A stretch of DNA of 64,000 nucleotides, from contig NC_057731.1 in the NCBI RefSeq assembly GCF_004010195.1, forward strand, positions 41,526,677 to 41,590,676. Direction: 5' to 3'. Of this stretch, positions 52,855-64,000 are shown piece by piece. Each line of letters opens with the position of its first letter. Position 1 is the stretch's first letter. The position numbers were made by a program, and so were the translations under genes. Source of the stretch: Chiloscyllium plagiosum (Eukaryota). Below the pieces are notes generated by a model, which was not told the origin of the DNA, did not search any database, and saw nothing but the letters and a program-made list of their open reading frames with translations.

Positions 52855-53467
52855 CATAAGGATGCTTTGCTTTTATTGGTCAGAGCATTGAGTATAGGAG
52901 TTGGGCTGACATGTTGCAGCTGTAAAAAGTATTGGTAAGGCCATTTTTGGAGCACTGTGTACAATTCTGGTTGCCCTGCTATAGGAGGGATATAACTAAA
53001 CTGGAAAGACTGTGGAAAAAAAATCACAATTCTGGAGGATTTAAGAGATTGGATTGGCTCGGTCTTTTTCCCCGCAGTGTAGGAGGCTGACGGGTGACCT
53101 TATGGAGATTTGTAACATCATGAAAGGCATAGTTAAAGTGAATAGCCAAGGTCTTTTCCACAGGGTAGGGGAGTCCAAAACCAGAGGGCACAGGTTTAAG
53201 GTAAGAGAGGAAAGATTTAAAAGAGATCTGAGGGGCAATCTTTTCACACAGAAGGTGGTGCAGATATGGAATGAACTGCCAAAGGAAATGGTAGAGGCAA
53301 GCATAATTACAACATTTAAAAGATATTTGGACAGGTACATGGATAGGAAAAGTTTAGAAAGAGCAGGGCCAAATGCAGGCAAAAGGAACTAATTCAGTTT
53401 CGGAAACCTGATCAGCGTGGACGAGTTGGACCAATGGGTCTGTTTCTGTGCTGTATGACTCTATGAC
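52855..53467 (+). mobile_element. CR1 3' fragment
   Basis: VRPFLEHCVQFWLP, LTGDLMEI and RGNLFTQKVV motifs; tail tatgactctatgac. Confidence 0.88.
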
Positions 53468-55334
53468 ACAATCAATAAGGAAAAGATGAGGCTAAGCCTG
53501 ACCATAAAGAGCTTACAGCTCTTTGGCCTGTCAGCACTTGTGGTTAAGGCACAGGTAATAAATAGCTACTCAGTTGTTGTATCAGAGGATTGTCAGCTGT
53601 CAAGGAACATTTGGAGTTAAGAAAAAGGTGGTGTCACTTTGAGAAAGGTACGAGGAGAATGAGAATGTAGAATAGGGGGCATCAAGAATGAAAGGTAGAC
53701 CCAGCTGAGAAAGGAATAATTCTGATTAGAAACATGAGGCATCATTATAACTGGTCGAGATCATTGTTTGGAAGAGGAAAGTGCAACGTGCGTTAATTTA
53801 GTAACAGCAAAGCCATGATTATTATGCCTGACTAGAAACAAAAATGAAAAGGCATTATGATCAGTTTGAGTTATGCCTGTTCTATGAGGCATTTGTTAAA
53901 TAGACTAAAGGAGCAGGACATTCTGGGCCTTGGGAAGGGAGACTTGGTGCTGGGAGTGAGGTTGAGAAAATAACTGAGAGTCACTTCAGGATGCTCCTAA
54001 TACAGCGTCACCACGGCTCAAGTTCCTCAGAGACTGGACCTGAGCAGCTGTCAGGGAAGTCAGCCTCCACTGCCCTAGTGGGCTCTCCAGAAGGCCAGCC
54101 TACCTATCAGTCTGATACTAAAGACCCTTCTTCTTCTCCGAGAGCACCTCCATGTTAAGGAACACTCTGGATTCCTAATCAGCTATAGTGCCCTCTCCTT
54201 CTGATTGGCCCAGTCTCATCTACATACCACTCACTATCCTAGATTGGATTCTGCGGGATGTACGGGACTGGAGCTGCAAGAAAAATACTGAGATTAAAGA
54301 AACACATAGGAACATGGTGTCTGCATAAAATGGCACTGAATTGGATATGGACAGCAAAATGCAATTGATGTATGAATTTTCTCACAAGAATACAATAACT
54401 CCAACAACACTCCAGCCAAAAACATTCAATCAGTCCCACACAATGACTCTCTTGAATCTATATGACAATAAATTAATGAGATTTTCTCCTAAGAAGCATA
54501 TCATGACAATGATTTAATGCTATGCACTGCTGTTGACATGATCTAATGTTTAAATATCAACAGTGCCAAACATTCTCTTCATTAATTGTCAAAGAGGCAG
54601 ATTCACCCTAAATGAGTCAATTGGATACATTTTAAAGTTCAACACCTGAATTGTTTGGGGTGTGCACAGCTCTTTATAAAGCATTTTATATCTCTGTCAA
54701 ATTCATAATGTATATGAAATTAAATATTAGTGCTCAAGAGTAAAAATGTTCAGTGACAGAAAATACAGCTGAAAGAATTTACTCTCTCCAATGTTCTCCC
54801 CTTCCCTTCCCTGATGTACAGATGCTGGAGTACATTTCAATGGTTGCCCTCTTGTACATCATCGAACTTTCAATAGAGAATCTTAACCCAACCCTAAACC
54901 TATCACATGGCTCATTCTACTCTCTATATTTGTGTTTGGGAGACCTTAATCTTACAGAAGGTGGAGCATAGCAGTACAGCCATGTGCAATTGTCGATGCT
55001 AGAGAGAATGAAGTCAAAGATGAGAATGTTTGTCGTAGATACGTGAGGCAGATGAAAAATCAGCTGATGCTACAAAAGTGGAAATAGGTATCGTTGATGA
55101 TAACTCGGATAAGGAGCAAAAAAAACTCAACCTAAGGTCAGACATGACAACAAAGCTGCAATAAATCTGGTTCTGCCTCCAATTGTTATCAGGAAGAGAT
55201 GGATTTGGAGCTAGTGAACGTGGTATATGGCGACAATGACCTAATTCTTCCGAATGTTTAGTTGGAAAATATTCCTGCTCACCTAGCAGTCTGACAATTT
55301 GGAGATAGTGGAGCAAGTAAGGAATAATGACTTG

Positions 55335-55605
55335 AAAGGCTTGTTTTTCTGATTGAGAGAGAAATATTGGCTCGGACACCAGTGATATCTCCTCTCCTCT
55401 TCTTGGAAATATTGCCATGGGTTTTGTTTTACATTCACCTGCGGAGGGCAGACAGAGATTCATTTCATCGTCTCCTCTGGATGATAGCATATTAATGCCC
55501 TGCTGTGTATACCTTGGTGTTTATGCTTCTAAAGTCTAAAGCAAAATTTAAACACACAACTTTCTTACCCAGAGGCAAATGTGCTACCACTTGAGTCACA
55601 GCCAG
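55335..55605 (-). mobile_element. SacSINE1/Deu-domain SINE remnant
   Basis: tgccatgggttttgttttacattcacctg core and gtgctaccacttgagtcacagc head in reverse complement. Confidence 0.65.
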
Positions 55606-55929
55606 CCCACTATGCTTCGGAGGTACAGTATGGTAATGTTTGCATTTGATATCTCTGAAAGACAGCAAGTGTGATTCTCTGATCACAATGAGATAGAGAA
55701 GAATGGAATTAGATGAGTGCCTGGTTTCTCCTTCTGTTTCTATTCAATTGATGCTTGAGTATACTCTTGGAGGCTTACTAGCTATTGTATATTTTTTAGG
55801 CATTTTTACAAACTTTTAAATGCCTCTACAGTCACAAAATGTTTGCATCATGTTTAACCTTGCTCAGTGTCTCGTACCTTCTGTGGTATTTGTTTACTTT
55901 GCTTTGAGTCAACAGACATTCTTAACTAG

Positions 55930-56296
55930 GAGGAGAAAGTGAGGGCTGCAGATGCTGGAGATCAGAGCTGAAAATGTGTTGCTGGAAAAGCGCAGCAGGT
56001 CAGGCAGCATCCAAGGAACAAGNNNNNNNNNNNNNNNNNNNNNNNNNNNNNNNNNNNNNNNNNNNNNNNNNNNNNNNNNNNNNNNNNNNNNNNNNNNNNN
56101 NNNNNNNNNNNNNNNNNNNNNNNNNNNNNNNNNNNNNNNNNNNNNNNNNNNNNNNNNNNNNNNNNNNNNNNNNNNNNNNNNNNNNNNNNNNNNNNNNNNN
56201 NNNNNNNNNNNNNNNNNNNNNNNNNNNNNNNNCAATTCTCCTGTTCCTTGGATGCTGCCTGACCTGCTGTGCTTTTCCAGCAATACATTTTCAGCT
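55930..56296. mobile_element. Palindromic PLE-end insert with a perfect 17-bp TSD spanning an assembly gap
   Basis: cagacattcttaactag at 55913-55929 and 56297-56313; inverted arms flank the Ns. Confidence 0.85.
56023..56232. other. Assembly gap (210 N)
   Basis: Run of N characters. Confidence 1.
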
Positions 56297-57964
56297 CAGA
56301 CATTCTTAACTAGTCAAGCACAGTGAACATAGATCAGTGACCAGACTCTCATCATTGAACACACTACAATCAACACTGCACTAACTACTTGAGTATCAGT
56401 GAGTGATCACAGCACAGAATACTGCTGTACTTTAAATGTTCATAAAAATATTACGGGGGGTCCCCTATTTTAAAAAGTCTGACTTAAGAGCAGTTGCACT
56501 TACGATTACGACTCCATACCTGGGCAAAGTTTTAAAGAACCAACATACAAACACTTCCTGAGCTTATGAAGGGCTACTTTATATTGTCCTGCAGAGTGCT
56601 CCAACTTTTGAACAGACTCAGGAAACAGAACTCGTACGTACAAACTATACAACTACAAATATACAAATCTGTGCCCAGCAGAAAGGATATTTCTATGAGA
56701 ATGATCCTTGAGGTTTTCAATGGTTTTACAGACACCTTTCTTTGGCGTCTTTATCTTTCAGGATATAGGATGCAAAAACTTTAGTGGTTGGGATATTCCC
56801 ACAAAGAAATGTCAGGTATCAAATGTCTATTTCATTCACTACCTGGCTGTTGCAGGGGCACCAGATCACACTGGTCTGGGCATTATGCACTAACCTATCA
56901 CCAACAGTACACACGCACAACTGCTCAGCCACTGTTAGCAAACAGAAATAAATTTAAAAATCCCCTCAGCACTCAGTTAATGTTTCAATGCAATGTTATC
57001 TCTCTGGGTTTAATATAATGCTGTGACACACTATTGATTTCATATCCCTCTATCTACTAATTAACCATTGTATTTATTGTCATTGTAGTATATATGAGGT
57101 ATAGATCTGGAAATTATGTGTTCTGCTTGGCAAGCCAATAAAAATACACTGAAAGCAGCCTTCAATGTCACAAGTAGTATATATCACCATGTACCATACA
57201 TCAGCACAGTTGATGGCTCACTACCTCAGTTAACAATTCTTTATTTTAAGCATAGTTGCACTGATGAAATAAGACAAGCAACCTCTCTCCTAATATGCTG
57301 AAACTTTACAGATACGGTGACCTTCGTGTCCTCGGGCAGGCCTTTTCTTATAATGTGAAATAAAACTATCAGCGCCCAGTCATCACAAATCATCTGTGGG
57401 ATTTTCCTTCTTGTCAGTAAGGTATTCCTGCAGAAGGATAAAATGTCACTGGGTGTGTCGTTTTACGCCGGCTTTTGTAAAACACAGGGGTCTTTCAAAC
57501 TCTCACATTCATACAAACAGAAAAGGGATTGTAACAGCAGCCATACTTGGGATTAATCTAAACTCTCTGAGGAATGCAGAACGTCCACAGGTAGGAGAAA
57601 GGGTGGGGGAAGGGATGTGGAAGGTCAGACTAAGAATTTATAGCAAACATACTCAGGAAAGGGTTTCTAAAATGGCACCTTAAACAGATACTGGAGAAAA
57701 ATCACCAGTTGACTTCAGATGCATCCTCAAAAGCTTTAAGCATGTTTTTCAGGGAGGAAACCAGATTTTGGAATTTGAATGCAGGGACTGGATCTTGAAA
57801 TGTAACATTAAAATGTTCATCGAGTTTAGATTTCAAAGTTTCAAGGATTTTAGTTTTGCAAACCCATGAAATGGCTGTTCAAGACACTCCTCATGTTCAG
57901 CAACAGTAATAGGAAGCACAATGTTGCGATATTCTTTCACAGAGACAGGAATTAGTTCAACATA

Positions 57965-58420
57965 AAAGCATGGATTGCTGGAAAGCTAAAATTAAAAAAA
58001 CAGAAAATGTTGGAAATACGTCAGACAAGAGAAAGGGACAGCCTTAATATGTCAGAAACTGGGAAAGTCGGAAATATAATAGGGTTCATCAAAGTACAGA
58101 GGCAGGAAAAGTGAGGTTAAAAAGGGGAAAGAGAAAAGGATTAGGTGGAAAGCAGGTGAGATTAAATGACAAGAGTTTGATAGTTTTCCAGGCAAAAGGA
58201 AGTGGGGCAGGGCAATTAAGAGGTACGTGCAAATGAGAAAACGGATTTATGAACAACATAAATTAACTTAAAAATCTAAAGGAAAGTGCACACAGAAATG
58301 AATATCAGGATGGAGGCTATGATCTGACATTTGAACTCAATATCGAATGTGGCAGGCTGTAAAGGATTCTGCTGAAATAGGACTGTAGGAGGCTTAGGAC
58401 AATGAGGTCAGAGAGCAACT
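57965..58420 (-). mobile_element. Old PLE 3' fragment
   Basis: gattgctggaaagctaaaattaaaaaaacagaaaatgttggaaatac end, a purine-rich body, and ttgaactcaatatcgaatgtggcaggctgtaa (reverse complement of an LQP..NIEF-like GIY-YIG C-terminus). Confidence 0.55.
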
Positions 58421-59984
58421 GGAAATGAATGTAACACTGAATATTCACCCCAGGGCCTGTTTCAGTCCTCATTTACTACCTTAAACAACTACACTTTTTG
58501 TAAGAGTTAATAGATGGCCAATTATTGCAGGACCAATAACTAAGACCTCAACTGCCACAGCCAGCCTAACTATAAGCACAGGCACAATTTTCTCTCTTTT
58601 GCTTTCGAAGAGAATTACTCCTGCAGGGGTAAATATAATTTCACAGAGTAACAGCAATGCTCAGGTGCACTGTTCAGTTGTGTCAACCTTGACAATGAGT
58701 TGCAGCAACCATTACAATTGAACTCACCCCTATTATCACCCAAAGTCCACAAATGTTTATTTTCCAGCACAGGGACTTGGGGGAGGGAGGTGAGAATCTC
58801 ATTCAGGTGCCTGGCTGGAGAGGTGGTGGGAGACCCTTGATCTGCCTCTTTTTGAGAAGGCCTGATGAAGCCCAGCCAGTGAGTGGGGGGACCAGCTATG
58901 GGTTCTCACTTGAAATAAAGACCCTGAGGCAGAGATCTCACCTACTGAGAACTGCTGCCAATCACAGGCCAGCTGCTCTTGAGCTTGGCACTACCACCAG
59001 CAAGTCATGGCTGCTTCAGAAGGATAAGCTCTGGAATGTTGTATGAGTCATGTTGAGTCTGTGGCAGGTGGTTGTCATGTGTTCAAGGGCTGGTAAGAGG
59101 GAGAGAAAAATTACTCTCCCAAGGCCTCCTTTATTTCCCAAAGTCCAGTCCCTCGATCAGGCCCTGAGTGACAAGCTGGCTGCACAGCTTTAGCAGCTAT
59201 ACGTGTCACATGACCACAGGCTTACCTGCAGCTGGATTAACAATGGGATGAGATCCTGAGGTGGTCTTTCATTGGAAACTAAGGAAGTCAGTTCATGACA
59301 GGAAGGGAAGCTTGCCCATCGATCTTTAAGCCTCTGAACTCTGGCAGAGTCGGGAAGGCCATGGGGGTTCAGATCCTGTCCTTCCCATCACCATGCTCAC
59401 CCCCAAAAGGACAGAATATTCCACCTTTCCACTGGGAGATACTTCCCTGCTTGGGGTTTTGTGGCATTCCACTGTTGGCCTAGCTGACAACGGGACAGAT
59501 CAGAGATTGAACTGTGACTGTAGTCTCCATCTTAGATTATTATCTGATATGGAATACCTAGTGGGAATAACTGAATTCAGAATGACGACAGCTTCATGTT
59601 CAGCAGTCAGTCTCGAGCGATTTAGTCAGCACCTTGCTGTAGCTCATTTCAGACTGTGACCATACATAAAACACCACTGCTTATCAGAGATTAGTAAATA
59701 CATTATAGATGTGCAATATCTTGCAGTTAAATGTAGTAAGTTGGGTTTAACATAGTGCCTTTTTGCCAAGTAATTTATAATGTGGATTAAAGGCTAATTC
59801 CTCAAGGTTTGTCTAGCTATCTTTTCTTTAATGTATACATTATAAACAATATATACATTACATGAGCCTAATACATACATTCTTTAAATTGTGACTCCTG
59901 AAGTCAAATAGAAGTAACTTTCCACCAGTTGTGAAGTCCATTGCACATTGAAAATTATTAGATGTCTTACACCATTTTATAGTT

Positions 59985-60605
59985 TCTGTCACATTCCAAC
60001 ATATTGCCACACTGTCATCTATTAGTAAGGACAAGGTTACACTGGAGGTTGTTGGTAGCTTCACATATCTAGGCTTCACAATCACTTGCAATCTGCTGAA
60101 GTCAACATACACATTACAAAAGTGAGTTTTGAGAAAATCTGTGGCTCAGGTTGAGTTTTGGATGTAGATTTGCTCGCTGAGCTGGAAGGTTCATTTCCAG
60201 ACATTTCGTCACCCTACTAGGTAACATCTTCAGTGGGCCTCCAGTGGGTAAAGCGCTGTTGCTGATTCCTGCTTTTTATTTGTATGTTTGGGTTGACATC
60301 ACCAATGCAAAGAAACCCATTTGTAGCAGTGCTTCACCTGGAGGCCCACTGAAGATGTTACCTAGTAGGGTGACAAAACGTCTGGAAATGAACCTTCCAG
60401 CTCAGCAAGCAAACCTACATCCACATTACAAAAGCTCAGTGCTATGTCCAAGTTGACAAAGAGAGTTTGGAACAACAACAGTCTGAGAACACAAATGCAG
60501 GTTAACAAAGCTGTGTCCTCTGCACGTTCCTCTACAATGGTGAGACCTGAACAACATAAACTGGGCAGGAGAACAACTCCAACAATTTACACCTTCACTA
60601 CTTCA
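59985..60605 (+). mobile_element. Decayed RTE LINE fragment split by a PLE insert
   Basis: LEVVGSFTYLGFTI before the insert; AMSKLTKRVWNNN and FLYNGET after it. Confidence 0.7.
60123..60421. mobile_element. Palindromic PLE-end insert (distinct family) with a 13-bp TSD and paired hammerheads
   Basis: Arms at about 60159-60244 and 60338-60423. cacattacaaaag at 60110-60122 and 60422-60434. Motif cca-CTGAAGA-t-gttacc-tagtag-ggtgac-GAAA-(c/t)GTC-tgg. Confidence 0.85.
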
Positions 60606-60671
60606 AACTATTAAGAGATTGTGGGAAGAAATTTACATGTCAGCAAAACAGCTGCAATGAACTTAGCCACT

Positions 60672-60810
60672 ACAATTCTGAAGAAGTGTCATTGAACCCA
60701 AAATTTTGACTTTGATTTCTCTCCACAGATGCTGGTAGACCTGCTGAGCTTTACTAACAAGTTCTGTTTTTGTTTCTGATTTCTAGCATCAGCAGTTCTT
60801 CTGATTTTTA
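60672..60810 (+). mobile_element. Degenerate PLE terminal fragment
   Basis: ttctgaagaagtgtcattgaacccaaaa...cagatgctggtagacctgctgagc. Confidence 0.6.
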
Positions 60811-63800
60811 TCGACAACAGTTATGGATGAAATCAAGTATGTTAGAGATGTATGAACCAAGAGTTTGATGTGATGGATAGAATGAGGTCACATGTTTTAT
60901 TTTATAACTTTTAGTCATTTTTTGACATTGTTCAGTTTGTATGTTAACTTAATTAAATTTTACAGAGCAAGTTCCATATTGCTGTCCATATTTATGCAGA
61001 AACTTCAAATCAGTGATTTTGTTTCCTTTAACCATAGAGCCCAATATTCACCTCACCAGTAACAAAGCAGGCCATTTACCTATTAAACTATCAAGATATG
61101 GTAACATGACAAAGAATGCTTGGCTTAGAACTGTTTATTTGATTGCAGATGTTTAATTTATAATTTCAGATAATTAAAGGAAACAAACCTAATGATTAGA
61201 GATTTAAACTGGTGTCACTTTCTCCTCAAAAATGTATAATGGTTAAATGATAAAGTGCCAAATACATTTGTCAGTCTTCAGTTTAAAAATGCCTTTAGAC
61301 TATTTCTACTTAACACTATATAATTCCACATAGTTATATAAAGAGAGATAGGTTTAATCTACAAATGCACATACACTATAAGTGATCTACATGGAACAAA
61401 ATATATTTATTGTGTTTAAGAGAGTGATAGGACAGAGAAAAAAAAAGAAAATATTAGTTTTTTTAGTTACTAACTGACAGAATATAAGTTAGCATGGATG
61501 GATTCACAGAGGTGTGTTTCTGTCTTGTAACATAAAGATTAGTCTGAGGGTATGTTTTTTATCCCCAAGTATACATGAAGTCTAAGAAACCATATTTGTG
61601 ATTCAATGCTGTTAATCTCCAACAATTTACTTTTAATAAATTCTTCAAACAAAGGTTTATGACACATATCAGGATAAACTTATTTTATAATGCATTAGAT
61701 CTTAGTTTGCTGCTGATTGCCATGCTTTACATCCGAGAGTATTAGCTATGATTGTTTAATGAAATGTTGCCAACAAAACAGAATAAATTTTAATAAATAT
61801 ATGTTGTAAATTTAAAATAAAACAATTGTAAACAGAATTATCTCAATAGTGTAATGTCATGGCAACAAATTTCAAAAGAGTTGCAGACTGCACAAGGTCA
61901 TTTGCCATCTTTGTTTATGCCACAATTTATTCTCTGGAGAGTTTTCATTTCTGAGATATTGTGTTTTAATAACTTTGCAAGGGATAGACCAACATTAAAA
62001 TTGGGGTGAAAGTGTTTTGGGGGCAAAACACCACACTAAATTTGTGATCACATTCTAAATTCCTTCTCTCCAACCACATTTGAGCTGCAGCATTCTGCAA
62101 AGGAGGACATTATATTGTTGCCATGCCCTGAGGTGCTTCATCCAATAACAGTTTATTACATTTCAAGTGACGCGTCCACAATGACCACTGGAATAAAACG
62201 TATTCCATGGAGAAATTAATTTTGCAACCAAAAACAACACATTCTTTCTTTCTGTATTTTATCTTGACTCAAGCTTTAAAGTAAATTTAGCTTATTTTAT
62301 CAGAAACATGATAAACATAAGATAAGATTCATCTAAGGCTGTACCATAAAAACGCTGGATCACTTAAAGCAAAGTTGTATGCATTCAAATGAGCAACTTC
62401 ACTTTGGCAATATGAAACAATCTATGCTCCTGAAATATGCAAGTCAGTCATTACACAGTAAGCAGCCATGAACACCCATGTACAGACAAATTCAATCCTT
62501 TTGTGCAAATCCTCAGTTGTTTCTCTGCTTCACTTCCCCATATTTCTTTCCATTTCTATGTTCACATTGTTTCTTGTTCCAATCCACAGACTTATGTGTC
62601 AATGGTATGGAGCAGTTCTGACCTCTCTGAAGCAGCTTCAAAGGGAATTGCTACAGTGGAAATTAAAAAAAAACTACAAAGGATTTGTGGGATTTGAAGC
62701 ATTGAATGTGAGCACCTGATTTACTGACTTCTAATGTATAATGAAATGCATCAATCTTTGTTCAAAAGACATGCTGTACACACGAGGAACTGAATACATT
62801 GCGTAGAGAAATACATTCAGTAACAGAAGTGTGCATGCACTCTGTAGTGAGACTAATCAAATCGACATCACAATATTAAGGGATAGGAAATTGAAATATT
62901 AAGTGGTTTTCTTGAGGAACAATATTGCGTAAAACACAAAGCTGCACAATCTGGAGACAAACATTGGCCATTCTTACTTTAGAGAGAAAGCTGCACTGTA
63001 ATTAAAAAAATCCATTAGCTCAATAGTGTTTGATGTCTTTGAGTTGGAAATATCAATATATTGCATATTGATTCCATGTCCTATATATTTTATATAATTA
63101 TTCATGAAAATTCCTTGGATATTCATCTTTGGCTTTTTTTTTCAGGTCTCAATGTGAATGTTGATGATCAGAATGCTCCATGCTGCTCCTGCACAATAGC
63201 AATGACAGGCAGAATATGCTGGCAATCTGATTACTTCCAACTTTCCAAAAAATAAGCAAGTCAAATAAGGGAAACAAAATGCTGACAATATATTGCATTC
63301 TAAAAGAAGAAAGAATTGAGAATAAGACATGACAGCAGCCTTAAACCCCTTCCATAATAAAGAGGTGCTGTTGCTATTTTGCAACAATAAAGCCAATTCA
63401 ATTCAATTCAATTTAAGTATTTGATACAATATTTAATATTTCTTTTTGTTTTGGCACTTAATCTTCATTTTCTCATTAATATGGTATTAACAACAAACAT
63501 ACTCTACATGATTATGGATCTTCACCCACAGGGCAATGGCTGAAGTCATTAGAGAAAGCGGGGTGTTTTACAGAAAATGGTTTTATCATTATGATATAAC
63601 ATTTGATCTTTCGTTGGGAGCAGATACTTTTGCTAAAAAAAAGATCTTGAGGGCATCCTCAGTGCTTAGTACTTCCATTGAATGAAAAGGGAAACACTAC
63701 AACAGTTGCTAGCACTCTAGACTAAGGACAAAGAGCCACATTGCAGTTCCCTGATTTTGGTGACCAGGAACAGTTGTGTGACATTTCTGATTGCTGATGT

Positions 63801-64000
63801 TGCTACAACTGGTGGAGGGTTGTGTGATTGGTGCTCCCATCTAGTCCCTCCTAAGGATCATCTATGATGGATTCTATAACTAGGCAATTACTCCCACTCC
63901 TTTTGAGTGGGCGACTCTTTAAGCAGCATTCCAGCATATTAGTAAAGACATGAGCAGGCCCCTTTAACCTTCTGATATCTAGTTCAAAGCCTTGCTCAAA

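Noticed and set aside
55909-56326. ORFs spanning X runs
   Set aside because: They are artefacts of the N gap.
58750-59480. GC-richer block as a promoter or CpG island (also 53890-54280)
   Set aside because: It is CpG-depleted and more likely an old non-autonomous DNA transposon; termini could not be established.

Overview
Eukaryotic, repeat-rich, apparently non-coding window from a cartilaginous fish (shark). The evidence is HE1-type tRNA SINEs, HER1/CR1 LINEs, SacSINE1/Deu-domain SINEs and Penelope-like element (PLE) ends; an orectolobiform such as a bamboo shark is plausible but unproven. I find no recognisable host protein-coding exon. Nearly all ORFs are decayed retroelement fragments (CR1, L2, RTE, PLE, Gypsy, Harbinger) or chance frames. 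Four observations stand out. (1) Four distinct families of short PLE-derived inserts carry minimal hammerhead-ribozyme cores (CUGANGA-stemII-GAAA-palindromic stemIII); many are palindromic and flanked by 11-17 bp target-site duplications. (2) One of these inserts contains an inverted, near-identical copy of adjacent genomic DNA, and several other local templated duplications occur. (3) A 1.9 kb array of 33-bp units forms a 643-aa open frame with an 11-aa His-His repeat, which is probably a non-coding minisatellite. (4) A near full-length CR1 with a zinc-finger/SGNH-esterase ORF1 is nested in an older CR1. All calls are from reading the sequence by eye; no database searches were run and many boundaries are approximate.
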